DNA from: an uncultured beta proteobacterium
GTDB taxonomy: Bacteria > Pseudomonadota > Gammaproteobacteria > Burkholderiales > Burkholderiaceae_C
Direction of reading: 5' to 3'
DNA length: 64,000 nt
Assembly (NCBI GenBank): GCA_903822435.1
Contig: CAIJPE010000074.1
Span: forward strand, 2,510 to 66,509
The notes under the pieces were generated by a model, which saw only the letters and a program-made list of their open reading frames with translations, searched no databases and was not told the origin of the DNA. Position numbers and translations under genes: made by a program. Of the stretch, positions 28,637 to 37,860 are shown in pieces; position 1 is the first letter of the stretch; every line of letters begins with the position of its first letter.

Positions 28637-28736
28637 CGCAGGTCAGAACCCCTGTCCGGAACCCCGCTATGCTGAATGGCGCCGGCCGAGCCCTGGCGCG
28701 GCGCCCGCCATCCTGCGGCAGAACCTGAGAGAAGCC

Positions 28737-29132
28737 ATGACCATCATCGTCGCCTACGCACCTCGCCCCGAGGGTCGGGCCGCCCTGGACAAGGGGATCG
28801 AGCTTGCGGGCCTGAACAAGGAGCGCCTGCTGGTCGTCAACGCCATATCGGGCGACAAGCCGGACGACCCTTCCAGGGCCGACACGGTCGAGGCGGAGGC
28901 CGTCGAGAAGCGGCTCGCTGCAACGGGCCTCGATGCCATGTTCAAGGTTTTCGTTCGCGGCCGGAGTGCCGTCGAGGAGATCGTGGAGTTGGCCGAGTCC
29001 CCAGACGTGACGCTCGTCATCGTCGGGCTGCGCCGCCGCAGCCCGGTGGGAAAGATGCTTCTGGGCAGCGTGTCGCGCGACATCCTCCTGTCCGTGCGCT
29101 GCCCCGTGCTGGCCGTCAAGTCCGCGGATTGA
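28737..29132 (+). CDS. Universal stress protein (UspA family)
   Basis: 131 aa: MTIIVAYAPRPEGRAAL...VTLVIVGLRRRSPVGKMLLGSVSRDILLSVRCPVLAVK. Confidence 0.85.
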   Translation: MTIIVAYAPRPEGRAALDKGIELAGLNKERLLVVNAISGDKPDDPSRADTVEAEAVEKRLAATGLDAMFKVFVRGRSAVEEIVELAESPDVTLVIVGLRRRSPVGKMLLGSVSRDILLSVRCPVLAVKSAD

Positions 29133-29195
29133 ACCCACCGGGCACCGATTCGCCTGGATATACTGAGAATCATCGTGTCCGCAGGAGACCGCGCC

Positions 29196-29486
29196 ATGGA
29201 ACTGCATCTTGGCAAAAGGCCCAGCGCCTTGATCCCGGTGGTGATGTCGCTGGCCGCCTTGGCACTGGTCAGCCTGCAAGTGGTGATGCACGGCACGGCA
29301 CCCGAGCGTGACGAAGGGGCGTTGGCGCATCTCTACCAACTGTTGGTACTCGGGCAGCTCCCGGTCATCGCATTCTTCGCCTATCGGTGCTTGCGTCGGG
29401 CACCGTCGCAGGGATTGCGGGTGGTTGCAGCCCAGGCGTTTGCCTTGGGGGCAGCCTTGGTACCGGTACACGTGATGGGTTGGTGA
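29196..29486 (+). CDS. Small integral membrane protein, function unknown
   Basis: AGGAG lies 8 nt upstream of the ATG at 29196. Three hydrophobic helices are predicted (ALIPVVMSLAALALVSLQVV, LLVLGQLPVIAFFAY, VVAAQAFALGAALVPV). The longest ORF starts at the GTG at 29175. Confidence 0.5.
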   Translation: MELHLGKRPSALIPVVMSLAALALVSLQVVMHGTAPERDEGALAHLYQLLVLGQLPVIAFFAYRCLRRAPSQGLRVVAAQAFALGAALVPVHVMGW

Positions 29487-29726
29487 GGCATGCGCGTGAC
29501 GCTGCAGGCGACAAGGACCTGAAGCTCGGCGGCGGTGCGCGCGCAGTCCCACACCAACTGCCGGCCGGGTGAATCCACGACATGCACCGGGCCCTTGCAC
29601 CGGTTGTGCTCGGCCAGGGGGAAGCACGCTTCAACGGCCCTGCGAGGGCGTGCTTTCGCATCTACGAGCGTGCAGCGCCATGCATGGAGCGGGCGGCCAT
29701 CGCCACGAGCACGCGTAGCAGCCGGA

Positions 29727-30329
29727 TCATCCGGCGTGCAGGCGCCGGGCGAAAAAGTCGAGCCGGTCCTGGCCCCAGAAGATCTCGCCATCGACGACAT
29801 AACTGGGAGCACCGAAGACGCCAGCCTCCAGCGCCTGCTGCGTGAAGAAGCCGTAGCGGGCGGCGATCTCCGGCGCCGCGGCTCGCGCGTGCAGGTCATC
29901 CGGGAGGCCGGCCTCGGCGACGATCGCAAGCCGCGTCGCCTCGTCGCTGATATCGCGTTGCTCAACCCAGACCGCGGTACCGAAGCGCCCGGCGAGTTCC
30001 AGTGCGGCATCCTGCCCTTCGCGCTCGCCGGCGGCGACGATCAGGAGCGCAGCCGGGTCCGCAGGCACCGGGAAGAATGTCGGTTGGGGGTTCAAAGGAA
30101 CCTGCAGCGCGTCGGCAAAGCGCTGCAGCTCGACCAGCCGGTAGGCCCGTCGCTGCGGAGCGCGCTTGGCCAGCGGCAGGCCCCCGCTGGCCGGGAAAAT
30201 GGCCCCGAAGTCGACCGGCCTAACCGAAACCGAGGCGCCAGCGTTGCGCAGCAGTTGCACGAAGCGCGCATGCCCAAGGAAGGCCCAGGGCGAGACCGGG
30301 GTGAAGTAGTAATCGACGTGGTGAGCCAT
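29727..30329 (-). CDS. 2-hydroxychromene-2-carboxylate isomerase / DsbA-like thioredoxin-fold protein
   Basis: From the internal Met, MAHHVDYYFTPVSPWAFLGHARF...FGAPSYVVDGEIFWGQDRLDFFARRL is typical of the HCCA isomerase family. Confidence 0.8.
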   Translation of the reverse strand: MAHHVDYYFTPVSPWAFLGHARFVQLLRNAGASVSVRPVDFGAIFPASGGLPLAKRAPQRRAYRLVELQRFADALQVPLNPQPTFFPVPADPAALLIVAAGEREGQDAALELAGRFGTAVWVEQRDISDEATRLAIVAEAGLPDDLHARAAAPEIAARYGFFTQQALEAGVFGAPSYVVDGEIFWGQDRLDFFARRLHAG

Positions 30330-30593
30330 CGGTGACCTCGTGTGGAATCTCCCGCATTTTCCCCCCAACGCGAAGCTTCGCACCGGCTGGCGGCGACGGT
30401 CGCCACCCCCTGGATGTGCCTCGACAGGCATTCCGGTGCGATGACTCGAATGCGCTCGGTCGCGGTCAGCCAGACCTGAGACGGCATCGGCCCGGTAAGG
30501 GGTGCCGTGATCCTCGCGCCTTTGGCGTTCAGGATAGGGTCGGGGCACGGCATCCGGGTTACCGGGGAACCAGCAGCATGGTCGGCTTCGACT

Positions 30594-31445
30594 CTACATT
30601 CCCGTTGAAGTCGAAAGGCTCGGAAGGGTCAGAAGTGCCGCTACGGACCGGGCACGACGCCGCACCGCCTGGCCGATACCCCCAAGACCCGCCAGCATCA
30701 GCACCCACGGACTCGGCTCGGCCACCGGCAGCGCATTGGCCACTCCGCTGCTCACCGCAATCGAGTAGTCGCCGACATGGGCGAATTGCGGGTCGACAAA
30801 GATGTACGGGTCGATCCAGGCCGAAGCGACTGCCGCTGCGTTGGAACTGGCACCAACGATCAAGTGCAGGTAGACCCGCTCTGACGAACCGGAAGGCAGG
30901 GTGAGATTGAGATCGCCGTCGAAGCTGCTGGGGCAATCCGCAGGACCGGGCGACATGCTGCACGCGTGAGCCACCGGCCCACTGCTGATGATGCTGCCTG
31001 TGGGCGAGAGGCCGTAAAGCCTGAGGGCTGCCTCTGCGGCGTTTGCGTTGTTGCTGTCCAATGATGGAGAAACTTGGGTGGACATGCCGGTATGGACCAG
31101 GACCGGCACAAGGTCGCCGAGGCTTCCTCCCGTCACCGTGAAGTCGTACTGCAAGTCCACGGTCACTGAGGTGGCCCATCGATTGGCTGCGGGAATCTGG
31201 CTGGCATCGGCACGGGCCGACAGCAGGACCCAGGGTTGAATGCCGATGGAACCCTGGGCCGCCAACCCCAGACTGCACGACGCCGGGCCGACCGGGAACA
31301 CGCCACCGTCGGTGGTGGTGGTGGATACCTCGTACACCTGGCAGAAGGCTTCGCCGCCACCACCGGGCACCTGGGCGTGGGCGGATGGATCCAGCCCTGT
31401 CACCGCCAGCACGAAAAGGACAATCCAATGAAGAGGCCTGACCAT
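30594..31445 (-). CDS. Secreted protein with a variant PEP-CTERM-type anchor
   Basis: Signal peptide is MVRPLHWIVLFVLAVTGLDPSAHA. The C-terminal VAEPSPWVLMLAGLGGIGQAVRRRAR has AEP in place of PEP, then a TM helix and an Arg cluster. An extra 16-aa tail follows. Confidence 0.7.
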   Translation of the reverse strand: MVRPLHWIVLFVLAVTGLDPSAHAQVPGGGGEAFCQVYEVSTTTTDGGVFPVGPASCSLGLAAQGSIGIQPWVLLSARADASQIPAANRWATSVTVDLQYDFTVTGGSLGDLVPVLVHTGMSTQVSPSLDSNNANAAEAALRLYGLSPTGSIISSGPVAHACSMSPGPADCPSSFDGDLNLTLPSGSSERVYLHLIVGASSNAAAVASAWIDPYIFVDPQFAHVGDYSIAVSSGVANALPVAEPSPWVLMLAGLGGIGQAVRRRARSVAALLTLPSLSTSTGM

Positions 31446-31472
31446 GGCTTCACCCCCTGCGTATGAAATGAA

Positions 31473-31748
31473 TCAGGCCGCGTAGAAGTACGGATCCAAA
31501 ACCTGCACCTCGGTGATCTGACCCACCGGCAGTCCATTTCGATCCGCGACCTTGCGGATGGCTTCCGGGGTCGGTGCGTCGTAGATGCAGAAGGTCTGCG
31601 TACGCTCAGGGTTGACGTAGGAATGCACCCAAGTCACACCGCTTTCTGCATGGGTGGCCACGACCCCGGCGACCTCCTTACGCCCTTCATCGTTCATCGG
31701 GATGGACAGACCTTGAGGGAAGTGGCGTTCGATCAGGTAGCGGGGCAT
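31473..31748 (-). CDS. DUF4242 family protein (small nickel-binding-like protein)
   Basis: GAAGGAG RBS. The sequence is MPRYLIERHFPQGLSIP...VTWVHSYVNPERTQTFCIYDAPTPEAIRKVADRNGLPV. Confidence 0.75.
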   Translation of the reverse strand: MPRYLIERHFPQGLSIPMNDEGRKEVAGVVATHAESGVTWVHSYVNPERTQTFCIYDAPTPEAIRKVADRNGLPVGQITEVQVLDPYFYAA

Positions 31749-31858
31749 GTCGGCTCCTTCGGTTCGGGCAGCAGCAGAATCGCTGCTGGGATCGAACTCT
31801 GCCGAACTGCGCACCTTCATGCACCGGCCACGCTCCGCATCTTGCGGCGACGAACACC

Positions 31859-32380
31859 TCAGATTGCCGCGGCCGACAGGTCCAGCGCCATGAAGACCAG
31901 CCAGTCCCGCAAGGGCCTGGGCAAGCTCATGTCGGGGTCGCTCGGCTTGAACCCCAGGCTTCGATATAGCGCCTGCGCTTCCAATTGCCGGATGCTCGTA
32001 TCGAGGAGCATCCTCCGGTAGCCGGCTGATCGCGCTTGGTCAACGATGGCCGTGGCCAGTGCACGGCCGACACCCTGACCCTGGGCGTCGACACACACGA
32101 ACATGCGCTTCATCTCGCAGCGCCTGCCGCCCAAGTCCTTCAGGGCCACGCAACCGACGGCGCGACCCTTCAGCCGAGCCAGCAGCAGACGACCGTTCGG
32201 CGGCGCATAGGGCCCGGGCAGCGTCGCGAGCTCGGCATCGAAGGCAGCGGCATCGAAGTAGCTGTCAACCAGATGGATGTCCTGGAGATGACGCTCGCGA
32301 TGCCAGGCAAGGAAGGCCCGCATCAAAGCTCGGACCTGGCCCCACTCGGCGGCGGACTCAGGGGTCTTCACATCCAGCAT
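31859..32380 (-). CDS. GNAT family N-acetyltransferase
   Basis: The acetyl-CoA binding motif is RMFVCVDAQGQGVGRALATAIVDQARSAGYRRMLLDT...ALYRSLGF. Confidence 0.85.
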   Translation of the reverse strand: MLDVKTPESAAEWGQVRALMRAFLAWHRERHLQDIHLVDSYFDAAAFDAELATLPGPYAPPNGRLLLARLKGRAVGCVALKDLGGRRCEMKRMFVCVDAQGQGVGRALATAIVDQARSAGYRRMLLDTSIRQLEAQALYRSLGFKPSDPDMSLPRPLRDWLVFMALDLSAAAI

Positions 32381-32957
32381 GACTGCTCCCGCAAGGCTCA
32401 GGGTCGTTGGGCCTCGACAGGCTACTGCGCGTCCAGGGCCCGCGCATCGGTAAGCCTACCCAGATTGCGCTGCGATTCCTCGCGAACAGCCTGATTGGGC
32501 GAGCTCTGGCTACGGTGAAAATGCGCCATGAGCGCCCTGGGGCCTGCGATGGAACTGGTAGAGAGGGACGACGCCCTGCAGCGCCTGCGAAACGCGGTCG
32601 CGCAGGCTGCGAATGGGCTCGGCCCCGCGAGACTTGGGCTGCTCGATTTGACCGCGGGCCCACCCCGACGGCCTCAAGCAGAGAAGTCAGGCAAGGACTG
32701 ATCCGGTTTCCCGTGAACACGGGCGATTCGGGCCGCCCTTGGCCGCAGCCCCGGGGGCGAAGCCACCGCGTGCGCTGCCTGTCAAGCACGCCCGGCACAC
32801 TGGCCGCAAGCTCCGAATCGGGCCGTAGGCGTTGGGCGCTCCGAAGCCCTGCGCGACACCAGTTCCACCGCCCTTTCCTCGCTGTGCGTGAGCAGCCAGT
32901 CGTGGCCCGAGGACGTGCTCGTGGCCGTGCCGGCGCTCGGGTTCGACTGAAGGGTCC

Positions 32958-34010
32958 TCAGGCCTTCGGCGCCAGTTGCACGCTGGGCGTCGAGCGCATG
33001 ATCGCCAGCTCTTCGTCGTTCATGTCGGCCCCCACGTCAGCGAAAAGCGGCGTGCTGAGGTAGCGCTCGCCGGTATCGGCCAGCATGCACAGCACGGTCG
33101 AGCCGGCCGGGGCCCGGGCGCACACCTTCAGCGCCCCGGCGAAGGAGCCGCCACCGGACGTGCCGGTGAAGATGCCTTCCTTCTGGGCCAGCTCCTTGCT
33201 CCAGTGCATGGCCTCGGCGCCGGTGATCTTGATGACCTCGTGGATCACGCCCGAGCTCACGGCCTCGCCAGCCAGCTTGGGGATGAAGTCGGGGCTCCAG
33301 CCCTGCAGCGGGTGCGGCTTCCACGAGGCGTTGGGCTTGACGGGCGTGCCGTCGGGGTGGCGTTCTTGCACGGCGCCGTCGCTGAGCATGGGCGCGTCGG
33401 CCGGCTCGCAGACCATGATCTTGGTGTCGGGCCTTTCCTTGGCCAGCACGCGCGACACCCCCAGCAAGGTGCCGCCGGTTCCGAAGGCCGTGACCCAGTA
33501 ATCGAGCCGCTTGCCGGCGAAATCGGCCACGATCTCGCGGGCCGTGGTGCGCGAATGCATGTCGGCGTTGGCCGCGTTCTCGAACTGCCGCGTCATGAAC
33601 CAGCCGTGCGCTTCGGCGAGTTCGGTGGCCTTCTTCACCATGCCCAGCGCGCGGTCGGCGGCCGGCGTGAGCACCACCTTGGCCCCCAGGAAGCGCATGA
33701 GCTTGCGGCGCTCGACGCTGAAGCTTTCGGCCATGGTGATGACCAGCGGGTAACCCTTCTGGGCGCAGACCATGGCCAGTCCGATGCCGGTGTTGCCGCT
33801 GGTGGCCTCCACCACGGTCTGGCCGGGCTTGAGCGCCCCGGTGCGTTCGGCGTCTTCGATCACGCCCAGGGCCAGCCGGTCTTTCACCGAACCCAGCGGA
33901 TTGGCGGCCTCGACCTTCACGTACAGGTTGATGCCCGCGGGCCCGAGCCGGTTGATCTTGACGACCGGGGTATTGCCGACGGTCTGCAGGATGCTGTCGT
34001 AGACGGCCAT
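32958..34010 (-). CDS. Cysteine synthase family PLP enzyme, CysK-like long form (350 aa)
   Basis: From the internal Met, MAVYDSILQTVGNTPVVKINRL...NPLGSVKDRLALGVIEDAE (PLP Lys)...ATSGNTGIGLAMV...GTGGTL...GTSGGG. Confidence 0.9.
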   Translation of the reverse strand: MAVYDSILQTVGNTPVVKINRLGPAGINLYVKVEAANPLGSVKDRLALGVIEDAERTGALKPGQTVVEATSGNTGIGLAMVCAQKGYPLVITMAESFSVERRKLMRFLGAKVVLTPAADRALGMVKKATELAEAHGWFMTRQFENAANADMHSRTTAREIVADFAGKRLDYWVTAFGTGGTLLGVSRVLAKERPDTKIMVCEPADAPMLSDGAVQERHPDGTPVKPNASWKPHPLQGWSPDFIPKLAGEAVSSGVIHEVIKITGAEAMHWSKELAQKEGIFTGTSGGGSFAGALKVCARAPAGSTVLCMLADTGERYLSTPLFADVGADMNDEELAIMRSTPSVQLAPKA

Positions 34011-34102
34011 GGTGGGGTGCTCCAGGGTGGGTGGGTCGGGTGGGCGGCCTATTCTCGTCCGTGCCCGCCAGGAAGCAAGCGGGCAACCCCCGGCCCGGGC
34101 CT

Positions 34103-34540
34103 TCAGCCGCCGCGGCGCAGGCGCAGCCGCAGGGTGTTCCAGCCCTCTTCGTGGGCGTAGTCCAGGCTCTGGCTCAACTGGCCCACCAGCACCAGGCCCA
34201 GGCGGCCGACCGGCCGCTGCAGCACATCGCCGGATTCGGTGTCGTCCGGGTGCAACGGGGCCAGCGCCTTCGGACGCGGATCGAAGGCAGGTGCGCGGTC
34301 GGCGTAGCGCAGCACCAGGTGCTGCGGCTCGGCGTGCCAGCCCATGCATACCGGCTCGTCGCAGTCGCCGCCATGGCCGTGCTGCACGGTGTTGGTGAAC
34401 AGTTCTTCCACCACCAGGCTCAGGCGCAGCACGTCCTCCGTTGCCACGCCCTGGGCTTCGCATTCGCGGGCCAGCATCGCCAGGGCTTCGGACAGGTTCG
34501 CCATGCGCGCAGCAAAGCGGTGCGGCAGGTCCTGGCTCAT
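34103..34540 (-). CDS. RsbW/SpoIIAB-type anti-sigma-like serine kinase (HATPase_c_2)
   Basis: 145 aa. The N-box is LVVEELFTNTVQHG and the G-box-like segment is GRLGLVLVGQLSQSL. It lies divergent from the FecR/OmpA pair. Confidence 0.75.
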   Translation of the reverse strand: MSQDLPHRFAARMANLSEALAMLARECEAQGVATEDVLRLSLVVEELFTNTVQHGHGGDCDEPVCMGWHAEPQHLVLRYADRAPAFDPRPKALAPLHPDDTESGDVLQRPVGRLGLVLVGQLSQSLDYAHEEGWNTLRLRLRRGG

Positions 34541-34618
34541 GGGCGGGGGCCCGGCGCAGGACGAACGTTTAAGCTCCGCCCCGAACGCGCCAACCCGGGC
34601 GCGGCTGGAGCGACCCGC

Positions 34619-35104
34619 ATGTGGCCACACCCTCTCGCACGGCAGCATGCCTTCAGGTGGCTCTGGCGCCGGCGCGCGGCTGCCATGGCCCTGGCCATCG
34701 CAGCCCTGGGCAGCACGGCCGCGCTGGCCGACATCGGCCAGATCAAGACGGTCAAGGGGCAGGTCACGATCGAGCGCAAGGGCGCCTCCCTGCCTGGCCA
34801 GATCGGCCTGCTGCTGGAGCCGATGGACGTCGTGAAGACCGGCGCCGACGGCTCGGTGGGCATCACCATGCGCGACAACTCGCTGCTCTCGGCCGGGCCC
34901 AACAGCATCCTCAGCCTGGATCGCTTCGACTTCGACGCCACCGGCAGCCAGCCCGGGCGCTTCGAAACCGTGCTGCAGCGGGGTACGTTGATGGTGGTGT
35001 CGGGCCGCATCGCCAAGCAGGGGCCGCAGTCGATGACAGTGCGCACCCCCACAGCCGTGCTGGGCGTGCGCGGCACCGAGTTCGCCGTGGAGGTGGCCGA
35101 ATGA
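34619..35104 (+). CDS. FecR-domain periplasmic protein
   Basis: GGAG RBS. Signal peptide is AMALAIAALGSTAALA. The FecR beta-sandwich pattern is IKTVKGQVTIERKG...VVKTGADGSVGITMRDNSLLSAGPNS...TPTAVLGVRGTEFAV. Confidence 0.85.
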   Translation: MWPHPLARQHAFRWLWRRRAAAMALAIAALGSTAALADIGQIKTVKGQVTIERKGASLPGQIGLLLEPMDVVKTGADGSVGITMRDNSLLSAGPNSILSLDRFDFDATGSQPGRFETVLQRGTLMVVSGRIAKQGPQSMTVRTPTAVLGVRGTEFAVEVAE

Positions 35105-35706
35105 GCGGCCGGCGGGCTGCGGTGCGGCGCGTGGCGCTGGCTCTGGTGGCGGCCGAGCTGGCCGCCTGCGCCGCACCGCAGGGCCAGGTGGTGCTGCTGC
35201 CCGAGCGTGACGGGAAGGCCACTTCGGTGGTGGTGACGCAGCCGGGTGGCGAGCTGGTGCTGAGCCAGCCCTACGCTGCGGCCAGCCTCACCCGCAACGG
35301 CCCGCAGCCTGCGACGCGCACGCCGGCCGAGGTGCAGGCGCGCTTCGGCGCTGCCATGGCGGCGCTGCCGCTGCCGCCGACGCGCTTCACGCTGTACTTC
35401 GTGGAGGGCAAGGACGAGTTCACCGATGAGTCGCGGCGCCAGATCGACGCAGTGTTTGCCGAAATCGCCCGTCGGCCGCTGCCCGACGTGGTGGTCATCG
35501 GCCACACCGACCGGGTGGGCAGCGACGAGTACAACGACACGCTGTCCCGCCAGCGGGCGGAAGTGGCCCGCCAGGCGCTGGTGCTGCGCGGCCTGGCGCC
35601 CGAACAGGTGGTGGCCGTGGGGCGCGGAAAGCGCGAACTGGCCGTGCCCACCGCCGATGGCGTGGCCGAGGCACGCAACCGCCGGGTTGAGATCCAGGTT
35701 CGCTGA
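35101..35706 (+). CDS. OmpA-family peptidoglycan-binding lipoprotein
   Basis: The ATG overlaps the FecR stop (ATGA). Lipobox is LAACA. The OmpA_C motif is VVIGHTDRVGSDEYNDTLSRQRAEVARQALVLRG...NRRVEIQV. Confidence 0.88.
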   Translation: MSGRRAAVRRVALALVAAELAACAAPQGQVVLLPERDGKATSVVVTQPGGELVLSQPYAAASLTRNGPQPATRTPAEVQARFGAAMAALPLPPTRFTLYFVEGKDEFTDESRRQIDAVFAEIARRPLPDVVVIGHTDRVGSDEYNDTLSRQRAEVARQALVLRGLAPEQVVAVGRGKRELAVPTADGVAEARNRRVEIQVR

Positions 35707-35730
35707 ACGGGGTGTGGTCACGCTGGGGCC

Positions 35731-37860
35731 TCAAGGGTCGGGTGCGGCAGCCGCCGCGCCCTGCCAGCGCACGGCCAGGATGGTCAGGTCGTCGGCCGGT
35801 TCGGCCCCGGCGGCGAAGGCCATGACGCTGCCATGCAGGGCCTGCACCAGGTCCGAGGCGCCGCACTGCCGCTGGCTGGCCTGGCCGATGACCTGCGCGG
35901 CGCGCTCGAGACCGTAGCGCTGGCCCTCGGCGTCCTGCGCGTCGATCACGCCGTCGGTCAGCAGGCACAGCAACTCGCCCGGCTGCATCTGCCGCTGCGC
36001 GCCCTTGTAGGCATAGCCGCCCAGGGTGCACAAGGGCGGGCCGTCGCCGTCCTCGATGCGGCCGAGCCCCGGCGACGGCGGCTTCAGCACGAAAGGGTTG
36101 TCATGCCCGGCGTTGCAGTAGTGCAGGATGCCGCTGCGCAAGTCCAGCACCGCGGCGAACAGGCTGACGAAGAGCATTTCGGGATTGTCCCGCGAGATCT
36201 CGACGTTGGCCGTCACGAGCAACTGACCCAGGTCAACGTGCGGCGCCCTCAGCATGGCGCTCTTGACCAGCGCCTTGCTCACGGCCATGAAGATCGAGGC
36301 TGACAGGCCCTTGCCCGCCACGTCGCCGATCATCAGGAACAGGCGGTCGGCGTCCAGCAGGAAGTAGTCGTACAGGTCGCCGCCCACTTCGCGGGCGGGC
36401 GTCATGGCGGCCTTGAGCTGCACGCGGGGCTCGCCCTGCAGCAGGTCGCCGCGCGGCAGGCTGCCCGTCTGGATGCGCTGGGCGGCCTGCAGTTCGCCGC
36501 CCATGCGGGCGCTGTCTTCGCGCTGGGCCTGCATCTGCGTCTGCAAGAGCTGGCGGTGGTGGATGGACTCGGCCAGCGACAGCGACAGCAGGCCGCCCCC
36601 GAGCAAGACCAGGTAGAGCCCCGGCGTGGCGGTGTCGATCAGGAGATGGCCGTAGCGGAAGGCCAGCAGCCCGGCGCCCACGGGCAGCAGCACGCCCGCG
36701 GCCAGGCCCAGCACGCCCAGGACGGGCGTGGTGCGCGGCGCACCCCAGACCATCAATCCCCCCAGCACCAGCAGCAGCAGCGTTTCGGCGGCCGGTGCCC
36801 AGGGCGGGCGGCGCAACAGCGTGCCATCCAGCAGGTTCTCCAGCAACTGGGCGTGGATCTCGGTGGCCGAGAGGCGCTCGCCGGCCGGCGTGTCGTGCCC
36901 GTCCTGCAACCCGAGCGCCGTCGGTCCCACCAGCACCATCTGCCCGCGGAACTGCGCCGGGTCGAAGCGGCCTTCCAGCACGTCGATGGCCGAGACAAAG
37001 CGGTCGGCCCGGTGCGCCGAGAAGTACGGGCGAACGTCCCCGTCGGATTCGGCGGGGACGACCAGGCGCCCCACCTGCAGGCCCGTCATCTGGCGTCCCC
37101 AGGCGGAGATCTGCACGACGCCCGCGCCCAGCGCCACGCGCACCATCTCCAGGGCCAGGCCGGGTACCAGCGTGCCGTGGATACTGGCTACCAGGGGCAT
37201 GCGGCGTACCACGCCGCGCGTGGTCTGCACCGAGATCAGGCCGCGCCCGGCGGCCTGGCGGTCCAGCACGTCGATGCTGCGCAGCACGCCCGGGTATTCG
37301 GCCACGGCCAGCGGCAGGGGGGCTGCCTGCGGACCCCGGGTGTCGCGCACGGTCATCGGCGTGGCGCGCAGCGGGATGGACGTCGTGTCCGGGCTGCCGG
37401 CCATCACCAGCACCACGGGCGCCGTCACCATCGCAGCCGCCAGCACCTCGTCGTTGGATCGCTGGCCCCGCAGGGCAGCCGCCACCTCCGGGTCGTGGCC
37501 GGCGGCCTGCGCCAGCAGCCGCTCGGGCGACAGGGCGTCGGCCTCGGGCATGAGGATGTTCAAGCCGATGGCGGCCGGGCGCGCGGTCTGCAGCGTGCGC
37601 ACCAGGCGGGCCAGCTCGGTGCGGGGCCATGGCCACTGGCCCAGGGCGAGCAGGCTCTTCTGGTCGATCTCGACCACCGTGACGGGCAGGTCCACCAACT
37701 GGCGGGGCAGCAGCAACTGATGGGCATCGAACCAGGCCGCTTGCAGCCGCTCGGTCCAGGGTGCCTGCATCAGCAGGAGCAGCAAGAGCAGGATTGCAGT
37801 GCCGCCGGCACGTATGCGTGCCGCCGGACCGGGCAGCCACCGCGCAAGCAGCGCCTTCAC
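35731..37860 (-). CDS. CHASE2 sensor-domain membrane protein fused to a PP2C/SpoIIE-type serine phosphatase (RsbU-like)
   Basis: 709 aa. The N-terminal TM helix and periplasmic CHASE2 pattern read VVEIDQKSLLALGQWPWPR...AAIGLNILMPEAD. A TM cluster follows. The PP2C motifs are EVGGDLYDY, MIGDVAGKGLSASIFM, YCNAGHDNP and LLTDGVIDAQD. Confidence 0.85.
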   Translation of the reverse strand: MKALLARWLPGPAARIRAGGTAILLLLLLLMQAPWTERLQAAWFDAHQLLLPRQLVDLPVTVVEIDQKSLLALGQWPWPRTELARLVRTLQTARPAAIGLNILMPEADALSPERLLAQAAGHDPEVAAALRGQRSNDEVLAAAMVTAPVVLVMAGSPDTTSIPLRATPMTVRDTRGPQAAPLPLAVAEYPGVLRSIDVLDRQAAGRGLISVQTTRGVVRRMPLVASIHGTLVPGLALEMVRVALGAGVVQISAWGRQMTGLQVGRLVVPAESDGDVRPYFSAHRADRFVSAIDVLEGRFDPAQFRGQMVLVGPTALGLQDGHDTPAGERLSATEIHAQLLENLLDGTLLRRPPWAPAAETLLLLVLGGLMVWGAPRTTPVLGVLGLAAGVLLPVGAGLLAFRYGHLLIDTATPGLYLVLLGGGLLSLSLAESIHHRQLLQTQMQAQREDSARMGGELQAAQRIQTGSLPRGDLLQGEPRVQLKAAMTPAREVGGDLYDYFLLDADRLFLMIGDVAGKGLSASIFMAVSKALVKSAMLRAPHVDLGQLLVTANVEISRDNPEMLFVSLFAAVLDLRSGILHYCNAGHDNPFVLKPPSPGLGRIEDGDGPPLCTLGGYAYKGAQRQMQPGELLCLLTDGVIDAQDAEGQRYGLERAAQVIGQASQRQCGASDLVQALHGSVMAFAAGAEPADDLTILAVRWQGAAAAAPDP

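Noticed and set aside
29487-29726. 240-bp gap examined for a decayed transposase/integrase or other gene fragment
   Set aside because: The minus-frame peptide (FPLAEHNRCKGPVHVVDSPGRQLVWDCARTAAELQVLV) matches no family I recognise. It has no start and no repeats, so I left it unannotated.
32958-34540. CysK-like enzyme as the output target of the adjacent RsbW-like kinase or the STAS protein
   Set aside because: The two genes are on the same strand with a 92-nt gap. Known CysK moonlighting partners insert a C-terminal Ile-ending tail into the active site. The kinase ends in RLRRGG and the STAS protein in SRRPGP, so nothing in the sequence supports the idea.
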